From the NCBI GenBank assembly GCA_016215205.1, contig JACRKU010000013.1:29016-93015 (forward strand): a stretch of DNA of 64,000 bases, given 5' to 3'. Position 1 is the stretch's first letter; each line of letters starts with the position of its first letter. The notes under the pieces are model-generated. The model saw nothing but the letters and a program-made list of their open reading frames with translations, searched no databases and had not been told where the DNA came from. The position numbers and the translations under genes are program-made. Below, in pieces: positions 53,754 to 63,096 of this stretch. This stretch comes from Candidatus Yonathbacteria bacterium (GTDB taxonomy: Bacteria; Patescibacteriota; Minisyncoccia; Phycocordibacterales; UBA1550).

Positions 53754-54788
53754 ATGTCTTCGAGCCTCGCACTTTATACCAAATATCGCCCGAAAACCTT
53801 TGAGGAGGTCATCGGACAAGAGCAAACCATAAAAACGCTTTTAGGTGCTATAAAAGCCGGCTCTGTCGGGCATGCGTATCTTTTTTCTGGCTCTCGCGGT
53901 ACCGGCAAGACTTCCATCGCGCGTATTTTTGCGCGCGCAATCGGCGCGCACAATGACGACATTTACGAGATTGACGCGGCTTCAAATCGCGGCATTGATG
54001 ACATCCGCGCGCTTCGCGATGCCGTGCACACAGTGCCAATGCACTCGCCATATAAAGTATATATTATTGACGAAGCCCACATGCTTTCACATGATGCATT
54101 TCCGGCGCTCTTGAAAACCCTTGAGGAGCCGCCGCGGCATGTCGTGTTCATTCTCGCTACGACCAACGAGAGAAAAATTCCGGAAACAATCGTCTCGCGC
54201 TGTCAGAGTTTCCGTTTTGAGAAACCTTCACAGGCGACGCTCAAAGTGATGGTGGAGCGCGTGGTTAAACAAGAGGGTTACATACTTGAGCCGGCATCGG
54301 CAGACCTCATCGCGCTACTTGGCGACGGTTCATTTCGAGACACTTACGGCATTCTTCAAAAAGTCATAGCGGCATCTTCCGACAAAAAGATTTCTCAAGA
54401 AGAAGTGGAAGCGGCGACAGGCGCGCCAGATAGTCGCCTTGTGAATTCGTTTCTTCGTGCAGTGGTGGCGCGCGACGTAGAAGCTGGAGTTACTTCTCTC
54501 TTCGGCGCTGTGGAACACGGAGTGGAAGAAAAAGTTTTTCTTGATTTGCTCCTTCGAAAGATGCGCGCAGTGATGATGTTCCGTTTTGTGGCAGGGTCTG
54601 CAAAGCGTCTCGCCGAGGATTTCCCGACAGAAGATATGTCGCTCATTGAAGATCTTGCCAAGAACGCAACACATACTTTAACGTCCAAAGAGCTCGCCGA
54701 GTTCCTTCGTGCATATGAATCAGTGCGCGTGGCAGCCGTGCCCGGCCTCGCTCTCGAGCTGGCACTTCTCCGTATTTCAGGAAAGTAA
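53754..54788 (+). CDS. dnaX: DNA polymerase III gamma/tau (short)
   Basis: LY.KYRP..F, GSRGTGKT, EIDAASN, DEAHML, LLKTLEEPP, SRC. Confidence 0.96.
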   Translation: MSSSLALYTKYRPKTFEEVIGQEQTIKTLLGAIKAGSVGHAYLFSGSRGTGKTSIARIFARAIGAHNDDIYEIDAASNRGIDDIRALRDAVHTVPMHSPYKVYIIDEAHMLSHDAFPALLKTLEEPPRHVVFILATTNERKIPETIVSRCQSFRFEKPSQATLKVMVERVVKQEGYILEPASADLIALLGDGSFRDTYGILQKVIAASSDKKISQEEVEAATGAPDSRLVNSFLRAVVARDVEAGVTSLFGAVEHGVEEKVFLDLLLRKMRAVMMFRFVAGSAKRLAEDFPTEDMSLIEDLAKNATHTLTSKELAEFLRAYESVRVAAVPGLALELALLRISGK

Positions 54789-54825
54789 CCTTTTGAAAAG
54801 CGCATTTTTCTGATATGATAACGAA

Positions 54826-55794
54826 ATGCGGAAAACACTACTTTCAGGAGTACAGCCGTCGGGTACGGCACATATTGGCAACTATTTTGGCGCGATGCGC
54901 CAGTTTGTTGACCGCCAAGGCGATTATCGCCAATTTATTTTTATTGCGAATTATCATGCGCTCACGAGCGTGTCAGATGGTGCGCTTCTCCAGAAGCTTA
55001 CGCTTGAGCTCGCGATGGATTATCTCGCTATCGGCGTGGACCCTAAAAAGACAACAATTTTTCTTCAGTCCGATGTTCCTGAGGTGACAGAACTTGCGTG
55101 GATTTTTAACACGATTACGACGGTGCCATATCTTGCTCGCGCAACTTCATTTAAAGATGCCGAGGCAAAAAATAAAGAGGTGAATGTCGGACTTTTTGAT
55201 TATCCGATTTTAATGGCTGCTGATATTTTGATGTACAATGCTGATGTGGTGCCAGTGGGGCTTGACCAAAAACAGCATATTGAAATCGCAAGAGATACGG
55301 CGCAAAAGTTTAATCGCATTTTTGGCGAGACATTCAAAATTCCCGAACCGATGATTTTGGAGAAGGTGAAAACAGTCCCCGGTACTGATGGACGCAAGAT
55401 GAGCAAGAGTTACGGAAACGTAATTGGACTTTTTGCGAGCGACGAGGAAATCAAAAAAGCGGTGATGAGTATTCCCACAGACTCAAAGGTGGTTGAGGAG
55501 CCAAAAAATCCGAGCGAGTGCAAGGTGTTCGCGCTCCACGAGCTTTTTCCCGGTGCAGACCTTGAGGCTCTGCGCACGCGCTACCTCGCGGGTGGTGTCG
55601 GCTACAAGGAATCAAAAGATTTACTTGTAGAAAAAATCATTGCATTCGTATCACCAATGCGTGCACGTCGTGAGGAAATCGCGCGTAATCCTGATGCTGT
55701 TTTGAAAATCTTGCGCGATGGTGGGGAAGTGGCTCTAGCGCAGGCACAGAAGACAATGCAGGAGGTACGCAAGAAGGCGGGGTTAATTTTATAG
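54826..55794 (+). CDS. trpS: Tryptophan-tRNA ligase
   Basis: SGVQPSG, HIGN, YPILMAADI, DQKQH, KMSKS. Confidence 0.98.
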   Translation: MRKTLLSGVQPSGTAHIGNYFGAMRQFVDRQGDYRQFIFIANYHALTSVSDGALLQKLTLELAMDYLAIGVDPKKTTIFLQSDVPEVTELAWIFNTITTVPYLARATSFKDAEAKNKEVNVGLFDYPILMAADILMYNADVVPVGLDQKQHIEIARDTAQKFNRIFGETFKIPEPMILEKVKTVPGTDGRKMSKSYGNVIGLFASDEEIKKAVMSIPTDSKVVEEPKNPSECKVFALHELFPGADLEALRTRYLAGGVGYKESKDLLVEKIIAFVSPMRARREEIARNPDAVLKILRDGGEVALAQAQKTMQEVRKKAGLIL

Positions 55795-55803
55795 TGAACT
55801 ATT

Positions 55804-56067
55804 ATGGTAAATTTTGAAAATTTTTCCAACAAAACAGAGAGTAACATTGATTCTGATCAGGGTAAATTTGAAATTATGCAGAGCGCTCAAATTGACTTAA
55901 TAAACAGAGCTGGCGGAAACGATGTTACGATGGAATGGATTACTGCAAATAGCGCGCGGTTTCGAACGCTTGTAAATGACCCGCAAAATAATTTTATAGA
56001 AAGACTTGCAAACGAAAATACGCGCGAAGAAACGCTTGATGAAATACAGAAAAAACTTGCCAACTAA
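55804..56067 (+). CDS. Hypothetical 87-aa protein
   Basis: Fills the trpS-aspS gap with 9-nt and 1-nt spacers; AT-rich. Confidence 0.65.
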   Translation: MVNFENFSNKTESNIDSDQGKFEIMQSAQIDLINRAGGNDVTMEWITANSARFRTLVNDPQNNFIERLANENTREETLDEIQKKLAN

Positions 56068-56068
56068 T

Positions 56069-57397
56069 ATGACCAGAACATATATTAAAAACCTGAATGA
56101 ACATATCGGAAAGGAAGTCACCGTCGCAGGATGGGTAGATGTTCGCCGCGATCAAGGGAAAATGGTTTTTCTTGATTTGCGCGATATGAGCGGCAAAGTG
56201 CAGGCAGTCGTACTTCCTAATCACACTCTGGCACTTGACGTGGCACAGCGCCTACGCCCCGAGTGGGTAGTGAGCGTTTCTGCTCAAGTGAATAAACGTC
56301 CTGAGCGCAATGTTAAAGCAGATGTTTTGAACGGCGAGATTGAACTCGAGGTTTTGAATATTGAGGTTTTAAGTAAAGCAAAAGAGCTTCCTTTTGAACT
56401 TGGAGCAGAACTCAACCTTGATACATATCTGGACAACCTCCCGTTGACACTTCGCGAAGAAAAAGCGCGCGCAGTATTTAAGGTGCAGACGGTTATCGTT
56501 CATGCATTTCGCAATTTTCTCGTTGGGGAAGGTTTTACAGAGTTTCAAGCTCCAAAACTTATTGGAGAAGATGCCGAAGGTGGCGCGAACTCGTTTAATG
56601 TTGAGTATTTTGGTCATACCGCTCACCTCGCGCAGAGTCCGCAACTCTACAAACAAATCATGGTTGGGGTATTTGAGCGCGTATTTTCAACGGGGAATGT
56701 ATATCGCGCAGAAAAGCACAGCACCACGCGCCACTTGAACGAATATACGAGCCTTGACCTTGAGATGGGATTTATCAAGGACCATACTGACGTGATGAAT
56801 ATGGAGAATCGTGTTCTCGCGCATATTACGAAGGAGCTTAAGGAAAAATGTGCTACCGAATTTGCACTTTTTGGCGCGACGATTCCCGAGGTTCCTGCAA
56901 AAATTCCCGCGATGAAACTTCGTGAAGCGCAGGAGATTATCAAGAAAGAAACTGGGGAAGACTGCACAAAAGAACCTGACCTTGAACCAGCGCATGAACG
57001 CTTTTTGTGCGAATATGCTAAAAAGGAACTCAATTCTGATTTTATTTTTATCACTCATTTTCCTATTTCAAAGCGACCATTCTATACATACGAGGATGAA
57101 AATGACCCAGGGTATGCAAAAGGTGGCGACCTGCTTTTTCGCGGTATTGAAATCACGACGCTCGCACAGCGCATCCATGATTACGACACCCTCGTTCAAT
57201 CAATGAAAAACAAAGGCCTTGATCCTGAGAAGTTCCGCTTCTATTTGCAGGCTTTTAAGTATGGCATGCCACCGCACGGCGGACTTGGCCTAGGTCTTGA
57301 GCGCTTGACTGCAAAATTCTTGGGGCTAGAAAATGTAAAACGGGCGGCGCTTTTCCCTCGCGACTTGAATCGCATCGACAACTTGCTTTCGGAGTAA
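56069..57397 (+). CDS. aspS: Aspartate-tRNA(Asp/Asn) ligase, short archaeal-type
   Basis: AGWV..RD.G..FLDLRD, LAQSPQLYKQ, RAEK..T.RHLNEY, YGMPPHGG.GLGLER; no GAD insert. Confidence 0.92.
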   Translation: MTRTYIKNLNEHIGKEVTVAGWVDVRRDQGKMVFLDLRDMSGKVQAVVLPNHTLALDVAQRLRPEWVVSVSAQVNKRPERNVKADVLNGEIELEVLNIEVLSKAKELPFELGAELNLDTYLDNLPLTLREEKARAVFKVQTVIVHAFRNFLVGEGFTEFQAPKLIGEDAEGGANSFNVEYFGHTAHLAQSPQLYKQIMVGVFERVFSTGNVYRAEKHSTTRHLNEYTSLDLEMGFIKDHTDVMNMENRVLAHITKELKEKCATEFALFGATIPEVPAKIPAMKLREAQEIIKKETGEDCTKEPDLEPAHERFLCEYAKKELNSDFIFITHFPISKRPFYTYEDENDPGYAKGGDLLFRGIEITTLAQRIHDYDTLVQSMKNKGLDPEKFRFYLQAFKYGMPPHGGLGLGLERLTAKFLGLENVKRAALFPRDLNRIDNLLSE

Positions 57398-57409
57398 GGT
57401 ACGATATCT

Positions 57410-58147
57410 ATGCAGTCAGACTACCAAACTAAAACGGATATTTTTGAGGGTCCACTGGAGCTCTTGCTTGACATGGTGGAAAAACGGAAACTTTTCATCA
57501 ACGAGATTTCGCTCGCGCAGGTGGCGGATGATTACATTGCGCACTTGAAACAGTTTGAAAAAATGCCAGTTGATTTTGTGTCCAACTTTCTTATCGTCGC
57601 GTCGACGCTTATTCTTATTAAATCAAAATCGCTTCTGCCGACACTCTCTCTTACGGAGGAAGAAACACAGGATATAGACGAGCTTGAACGACGCCTCAAA
57701 GAGTATCAAAAAATTCGCGAACTCTCTGTTCATGTGAAGCAAATGTTTGGTGCGCAAGTGTCATTTCCAAAAGGACAGTCGCGCGAGCGGGAGGCAGTGT
57801 TCATGCCGAGCGAGGAAATTACCGCACAAAGTATTTTTTCCGCGATACAGGATGTGATTTTACATTTTCCCAAAAAGATTACTTTGCCAAAAGTAGTGGT
57901 AAAAAAAGTTGTTTCGCTTGAGGAGATGATGGACAGGCTCACAAGGCGAATTACGGGTAGCTTAAAGATGAGTTTTCGTGATTTTGCCGGAGTAGGAAAG
58001 GAGGAGAAGGTAAACATCATTGTGAGCTTTCTCGCAATGCTTGAACTCGTGAAGCAGGGGATGATTGCAGTGACTCAAGGCGCGCACGGAGATGATATTG
58101 AAATTGAAACAAATACTCTTGAAACTCCAAATTACGGAGTAAAGTAG
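57410..58147 (+). CDS. scpA: Kleisin ScpA
   Basis: FEGPLELLL, IKSK.LLP, FLAMLELVK. Confidence 0.95.
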   Translation: MQSDYQTKTDIFEGPLELLLDMVEKRKLFINEISLAQVADDYIAHLKQFEKMPVDFVSNFLIVASTLILIKSKSLLPTLSLTEEETQDIDELERRLKEYQKIRELSVHVKQMFGAQVSFPKGQSREREAVFMPSEEITAQSIFSAIQDVILHFPKKITLPKVVVKKVVSLEEMMDRLTRRITGSLKMSFRDFAGVGKEEKVNIIVSFLAMLELVKQGMIAVTQGAHGDDIEIETNTLETPNYGVK

Positions 58148-58169
58148 GGTGTGATATAATGGCAAATAT

Positions 58170-58721
58170 ATGGAACTTTCGCGACAAATCGAAGCACTGC
58201 TTTTCTTTAAAGGCGAACCTGTAACTGTGGGCTTTTTGGCAAAGACATTAAATATCTCGGAGGATGATGCGCGCGCCGGACTCGCAGAGCTAGAAAAGTC
58301 GCTCTCTGGTCACGGGATTATTTTGATGCAAAATGGTAACGAATACATGCTTGGCACCGTGCCGCAAATGGGCCCGACCATCGAAGCGCTTCTCAAAGAG
58401 GAGTTGGCTCGTGAGCTCGGCAAGGCAGGTCTCGAAACCCTTGCGATTGTGCTTTATCGCGGACCGATTTTACGAAGCGAGATCAACTACTTGCGTGGTG
58501 TAAACTCCAATTATATTTTGAGAAGCCTCCTTGTTCGCGGACTTATTGAAAAAGTTGACCAAGGCGGACGAAGCACAGTGTATCAGCCGACATTTGAACT
58601 CCTTTCTTATATGGGTGTGAGCAAAGTCGCGGATTTACCCGGATTTGATGAGACGCAAAAAGCGGTTGAAGAATTTAAACAAGAGTCGCAGAAAAACAAA
58701 AATGAACACGAAGAAGAATAG
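58170..58721 (+). CDS. scpB: SMC-ScpA partner ScpB
   Basis: IEALLF, LETLAIV.Y..PI.R.EI..RGV. Confidence 0.96.
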   Translation: MELSRQIEALLFFKGEPVTVGFLAKTLNISEDDARAGLAELEKSLSGHGIILMQNGNEYMLGTVPQMGPTIEALLKEELARELGKAGLETLAIVLYRGPILRSEINYLRGVNSNYILRSLLVRGLIEKVDQGGRSTVYQPTFELLSYMGVSKVADLPGFDETQKAVEEFKQESQKNKNEHEEE

Positions 58722-59676
58722 AGAACAACTTGTTACAAAAAGGGCTCACGCTCTTATTGTGGTGCTGGGCGGCGGAGCAGGTCTCGCAATTACATTGCAG
58801 GGGCTTCTTTCATTTGCGATACCGACGGAAGCGCAAACGAATGCGAATGTTTCCGCCCAAGAGGAAATTCGTTCCATGAAATCCGTAAATCCATTTGAGA
58901 ATGTTTCCCTTGAAGCCCGCGCGGTGTATGTGTTTAACTTAAAAACAAATGCCGTATTGTATGCCAAAAACGAAAACGAAAAACTTCCGCTCGCATCGAT
59001 TACAAAACTTATGACTGCGCTTGTTGCGCGCGAGTACATGCCTTTAGGCGCGGTTATCACTCTTACAAAAGACGACCTCGCTTCCGAAGGTGATTCCGGA
59101 TTTCGCCCGGGAGAACGGTGGCGACTCGGCGATATACTGAATGCAATGCTCCTCGTCTCTTCAAATGATGCGGCGCATGCCGTTTCAGAATTTGTGGGCG
59201 GGAGCGGGCGAATAGAAATTGATCCCGCGACCGCGCACAATAATTTTGTAAAAATGATGAACGAAAAAGCGAACGCGCTCAAGCTCGACCAAATGGAATT
59301 TTTTAATGAATCGGGGCTCGATATAAACGAAACACAAAACGGGGGATATGGTTCTGCGCGAAATGTTGCAACACTTTTTTCTGAATTGTGGAAAAGATAC
59401 CCGGAAAATGTTGAAATAACCGCGCGCAAATATGTGCACATTCTTTCTCAAGATGAGATTGATCATTTTCTTGCCAACACAAATGAAATAATAGGGCGTA
59501 TTCCGGGACTCATTGCTTCAAAGACCGGGTTCACCAACATTTCCGGTGGCAATTTGGCTGTTATTTTTGATAAAGGGCTAGGGGAACCCGTCGTTGCGGT
59601 GGTCTTGGGTTCAAGCTATAAGGAGCGTTTTGATGATATGCAGAAGCTTGTTGAGGCGTCACTAAAAGAGCAGTGA
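58702..59676 (+). CDS. D-Ala-D-Ala carboxypeptidase (S11)
   Basis: ASITKLMTA (SxxK), SSNDAA (SxN), SKTGFT (KTG). Confidence 0.93.
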   Translation: MNTKKNREQLVTKRAHALIVVLGGGAGLAITLQGLLSFAIPTEAQTNANVSAQEEIRSMKSVNPFENVSLEARAVYVFNLKTNAVLYAKNENEKLPLASITKLMTALVAREYMPLGAVITLTKDDLASEGDSGFRPGERWRLGDILNAMLLVSSNDAAHAVSEFVGGSGRIEIDPATAHNNFVKMMNEKANALKLDQMEFFNESGLDINETQNGGYGSARNVATLFSELWKRYPENVEITARKYVHILSQDEIDHFLANTNEIIGRIPGLIASKTGFTNISGGNLAVIFDKGLGEPVVAVVLGSSYKERFDDMQKLVEASLKEQ

Positions 59677-59742
59677 CTACTGAAATACAAAATCGGTAAA
59701 AGTTTGGTGTTTGCTGATATTTTTGTATAATATATACATATT

Positions 59743-60852
59743 ATGCCGATTGATGTCGTTAAAATCTTTCTCACTACCGCAACAGCCTTTTTTGTCGGCA
59801 TCGCCATAACCCCGTTTCTGACGGATTTTCTCTATCGTCACAAGATGTGGAAGAAGTCTAGTGTACGGCTCGCCATGGACGGCAGACAAGCCACTATCTC
59901 AAGCAAGCTCCACAATGACGAAGAGCGAAAGACTCCGCGTATGGGCGGAGTGGTGATTTGGGGGTCGGTTTTCATTACCGCTTTTTTGTTTTTTATTCTC
60001 GCCGCGATATTTCCGGAAAGTATTTTTGCAAAATTTTCGTTTCTTTCACGCGAGCAGACATGGCTTCCGCTTTTTACACTTATCGCCGGCGCGTCTTTTG
60101 GTCTCATTGATGATTATCTTGTTTGTCGCGATGCCGGCCTGCCCGCCACTGCCTATCGCTCGATAGAAGCAGCTGGGCGGTGGCAGGCGGGCACATACGC
60201 CGGAGGAGGGCTTTCTCTCCGCATAAGACTTGCATTTGTGTTTATTCTTGCGTCGGCAGGCGCGTGGTGGTTCTACGCAAAACTTGGCATGGATGTTGTG
60301 CATGTGCCGTTTGTGGGGGATGTATACTTAGGCTTATGGTTTATTCCGCTTTTTATTATTTTTATGGTTGGTATTTACTCCGGGGGAATTATTGACGGTA
60401 TAGATGGACTTTCGGGCGGGGTGTTCGCGGCGATTTTTTCAGCGTATGCCATCATCGCCTTTGCACAAGGACAAATCGATCTGGCGGCGTTTTCCAGCGT
60501 GGTTGTCGGCGGACTTCTTGCATTTCTTTGGTTCAATATTCCACCAGCCAGATTTTTTAATTCTGAAACAGGAACAATGGCTCTCACGACATCTCTCACG
60601 GTCGTCGCATTTTTAACAAAAGCCGTGCTTGTGCTTCCTGTCATCGCTCTCATTCTTGTAGTAACGAGCGCATCAAGTTTGATTCAGATTCTTTCAAAAA
60701 AATACCGCAACGGCAAGAAAGTATTTTTGGTGGCGCCGCTCCACAACCACTTTCAAGCGCTCGGCTGGCCGGCGTACAAAGTTACTATGCGATACTGGGT
60801 TATTGCAGTGGTACTTGCGCTTGTCGGCACCATAATTGCGCTTGTCGGTTAG
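59743..60852 (+). CDS. mraY: Phospho-MurNAc-pentapeptide transferase with 18-aa insertion
   Basis: TPRMGG, GLIDD, DGIDGL, FLWFN.PPA, APLHNHF. Confidence 0.95.
   Translation: MPIDVVKIFLTTATAFFVGIAITPFLTDFLYRHKMWKKSSVRLAMDGRQATISSKLHNDEERKTPRMGGVVIWGSVFITAFLFFILAAIFPESIFAKFSFLSREQTWLPLFTLIAGASFGLIDDYLVCRDAGLPATAYRSIEAAGRWQAGTYAGGGLSLRIRLAFVFILASAGAWWFYAKLGMDVVHVPFVGDVYLGLWFIPLFIIFMVGIYSGGIIDGIDGLSGGVFAAIFSAYAIIAFAQGQIDLAAFSSVVVGGLLAFLWFNIPPARFFNSETGTMALTTSLTVVAFLTKAVLVLPVIALILVVTSASSLIQILSKKYRNGKKVFLVAPLHNHFQALGWPAYKVTMRYWVIAVVLALVGTIIALVG
60138..60191. repeat. 54-bp palindromic element inserted in frame in mraY
   Basis: Arms CCTGCCCGCCACTGCC / GGCGGTGGCAGGCGGG. Confidence 0.8.
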
Positions 60853-60864
60853 CTTGAATAAAAA

Positions 60865-61962
60865 ATGAAAAAAATTCATTCAGTCGATAAAATTTTCCTA
60901 AGCATTACCGCCCTCCTCACACTGGCAGGGCTTTTTGTTTTTACTTCGGCTTCATTCGGTCTTTTTGCACACAAAGGATTTTCGCTAAAAGATATGTTTT
61001 TTGATCAAGTCGTACTCGGCTTCTTTTTGGGAATTGTGATGCTTATTATAATGTTTAATATCCCGCTCAAGATATTTCGCACATATGCGCTCTCTATTTT
61101 TATCGGAGCGGCATTATTCACACTTCTTGTTTTTGTGCCGGGTATTGGCGCAGAACATGGCGGGGCAAAGCGCTGGTTATGGCTCGGGCCAACCTCATTT
61201 CAACCTTCCGAAATTCTTAAACTTGGTACGATTATTTATTTTGCCGCAATCCTCTCTCTCTTGAAGGACCGTCTACAAACCGCAAAATATGCGATTGGCG
61301 TGTTTTTTGCAGTTATTGCGGTGCCGGCTATTATTCTTCTTCTTGAGCCGGACAATGGTACGCTTGGTGTCCTCTTTGTCGCGATGTGCGCGATGCTTCT
61401 TGCAAGCGGAGCAAAAATTCGACATTTTTTTATTCTTGCCGCTATAGGCATCATCTCTGTGGGCGTGCTCGCTTTGGCAAGTCCTCATGTAAAAGCGCGC
61501 ATGCTTACTTTTTTTAATCAATCGCGTGATCCGCAAGGCGCGGGTTATCAAATACAAAAATCATTTCTCGCTATCGGGTCTGGCGGCATTACTGGACGCG
61601 GTTTTGGTCAAAGTATTCAAAAATTCGGGTCTCTTCCGGAACCGACAGGAGACTCTATTTTTGCGGTGGCGGCGGAGGAGTTTGGGTTTATTGGCGGAGC
61701 AATCCTCATCGTTCTTTTTCTTTTGTTTGGTGTCCGCGGGCTTCAAATAGCGTATCGCGCCCCTGATTTGTTCAGTGGACTCTTGGCCGTTGGAATTGTT
61801 ATACTTATAGTATCGCAGTCGTTTGTGAATATAGGAGCGATGCTCGGCGTTATTCCACTCAAGGGGATCCCTCTTATTTTTGTGAGCAAGGGCGGGTCGG
61901 CACTCATCTTTGCTTTTATTGAGATTGGCATACTCTTAAATATTTCGAAACTAAAAATATGA
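60865..61962 (+). CDS. ftsW: SEDS peptidoglycan glycosyltransferase FtsW
   Basis: GAKRW, FQPSE..K, EPD.GT, GYQ, LPEP..DSIFA..EE.G; between mraY and murG. Confidence 0.94.
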   Translation: MKKIHSVDKIFLSITALLTLAGLFVFTSASFGLFAHKGFSLKDMFFDQVVLGFFLGIVMLIIMFNIPLKIFRTYALSIFIGAALFTLLVFVPGIGAEHGGAKRWLWLGPTSFQPSEILKLGTIIYFAAILSLLKDRLQTAKYAIGVFFAVIAVPAIILLLEPDNGTLGVLFVAMCAMLLASGAKIRHFFILAAIGIISVGVLALASPHVKARMLTFFNQSRDPQGAGYQIQKSFLAIGSGGITGRGFGQSIQKFGSLPEPTGDSIFAVAAEEFGFIGGAILIVLFLLFGVRGLQIAYRAPDLFSGLLAVGIVILIVSQSFVNIGAMLGVIPLKGIPLIFVSKGGSALIFAFIEIGILLNISKLKI

Positions 61963-63095
61963 AAATTCTTTTTACCGGTGGCGGCAGTGGCGGACATTTT
62001 TATCCTATTCTCGCCGTTGCAGAAAAATTAAATAAAATGCTTGAGCGCGAAAATGTCGCGAACATAGAGTTTTTTTATATGTCGACCGAGCCCTACAACG
62101 AGCGTCTTTTATCTGATAATAAAATAACATTTAAGCGGGTGGTTGCCGGTAAAATTCGCGCATATTTTTCAATTCAAAACTTCTTTGATTTATTTAAGAC
62201 GGCGTGGGGAGTCTTTAAAGCATTTTTTCAGCTTTTTGCACTGTATCCCGATGTTATTTTTGCTAAAGGAGGATTCCCAAGTTTCCCCGTCCTTTTTGCC
62301 GCGCGATTTTTCCGCATTCCGGTTATTATTCACGAGTCGGACAGTGTTCCGGGGCGGGTGAACGCGTGGGCAGGGAAGTTTGCTCAAAAGATTGCGATTT
62401 CATACGCTGAAGCGGCGCAGTTTTTTCCCGCGGGTCGCACGGCTCTCACGGGAAATCCGATTCGCGAAGAACTCCTGCGTCCATCGGGAAAAGATGCATT
62501 CAAAGAACTCGGTCTTGACCCAAGTGTTCCGGTGATTTTGGTGCTCGGCGGCTCAAATGGCGCTCGCATTATCAACGGGCAAATGGAAACTCTTGCGCCG
62601 CGGCTTGTAGAAAAGTACCAGATTGTACATCAAACGGGCGAAGCGAATATGGCGGAAGTAAAAACTACAGTTAGCGGACTTTTAGGCGGTAATCCAAATG
62701 CGTCACGCTACCATATTTATGGATATCTTGATAATCAAACAATGAAACTTGCAGCGGAGGCGACGACTATTGTTGTGTCGCGCGCAGGGTCCGCGATTTT
62801 TGAAATTGCCGTTTGGGGTGTGCCAGCGATACTTATTCCAATCGCAAACCATGTTGGCGACCATCAGCGCAAGAATGCGTTTGCGTATGCGCGCGCGGGC
62901 GGCGCGGTAGTTATCGAAGAGGCAAATCTCGGACCGCATATTTTAATGTCAGAAATTGAGAATTTAATGCAAGACGGGAATAAACGCGCGGCAATGAAAG
63001 ATTCCGCAAAAGCGTTTGCGCGTACCGATGCCACGGAGCGGATTGCGGAACAGATTGTAGCGGTGCTTATGCGGCATCAAGAAGGCTTTAAATAA
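61959..63095 (+). CDS. murG: Lipid II GlcNAc transferase
   Basis: GGGSGGH.YP, HESD, TGNPIR, GGSNGA, SRAG, HQ.KNA. Confidence 0.97.
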   Translation: MKILFTGGGSGGHFYPILAVAEKLNKMLERENVANIEFFYMSTEPYNERLLSDNKITFKRVVAGKIRAYFSIQNFFDLFKTAWGVFKAFFQLFALYPDVIFAKGGFPSFPVLFAARFFRIPVIIHESDSVPGRVNAWAGKFAQKIAISYAEAAQFFPAGRTALTGNPIREELLRPSGKDAFKELGLDPSVPVILVLGGSNGARIINGQMETLAPRLVEKYQIVHQTGEANMAEVKTTVSGLLGGNPNASRYHIYGYLDNQTMKLAAEATTIVVSRAGSAIFEIAVWGVPAILIPIANHVGDHQRKNAFAYARAGGAVVIEEANLGPHILMSEIENLMQDGNKRAAMKDSAKAFARTDATERIAEQIVAVLMRHQEGFK

Positions 63096-63096
63096 A

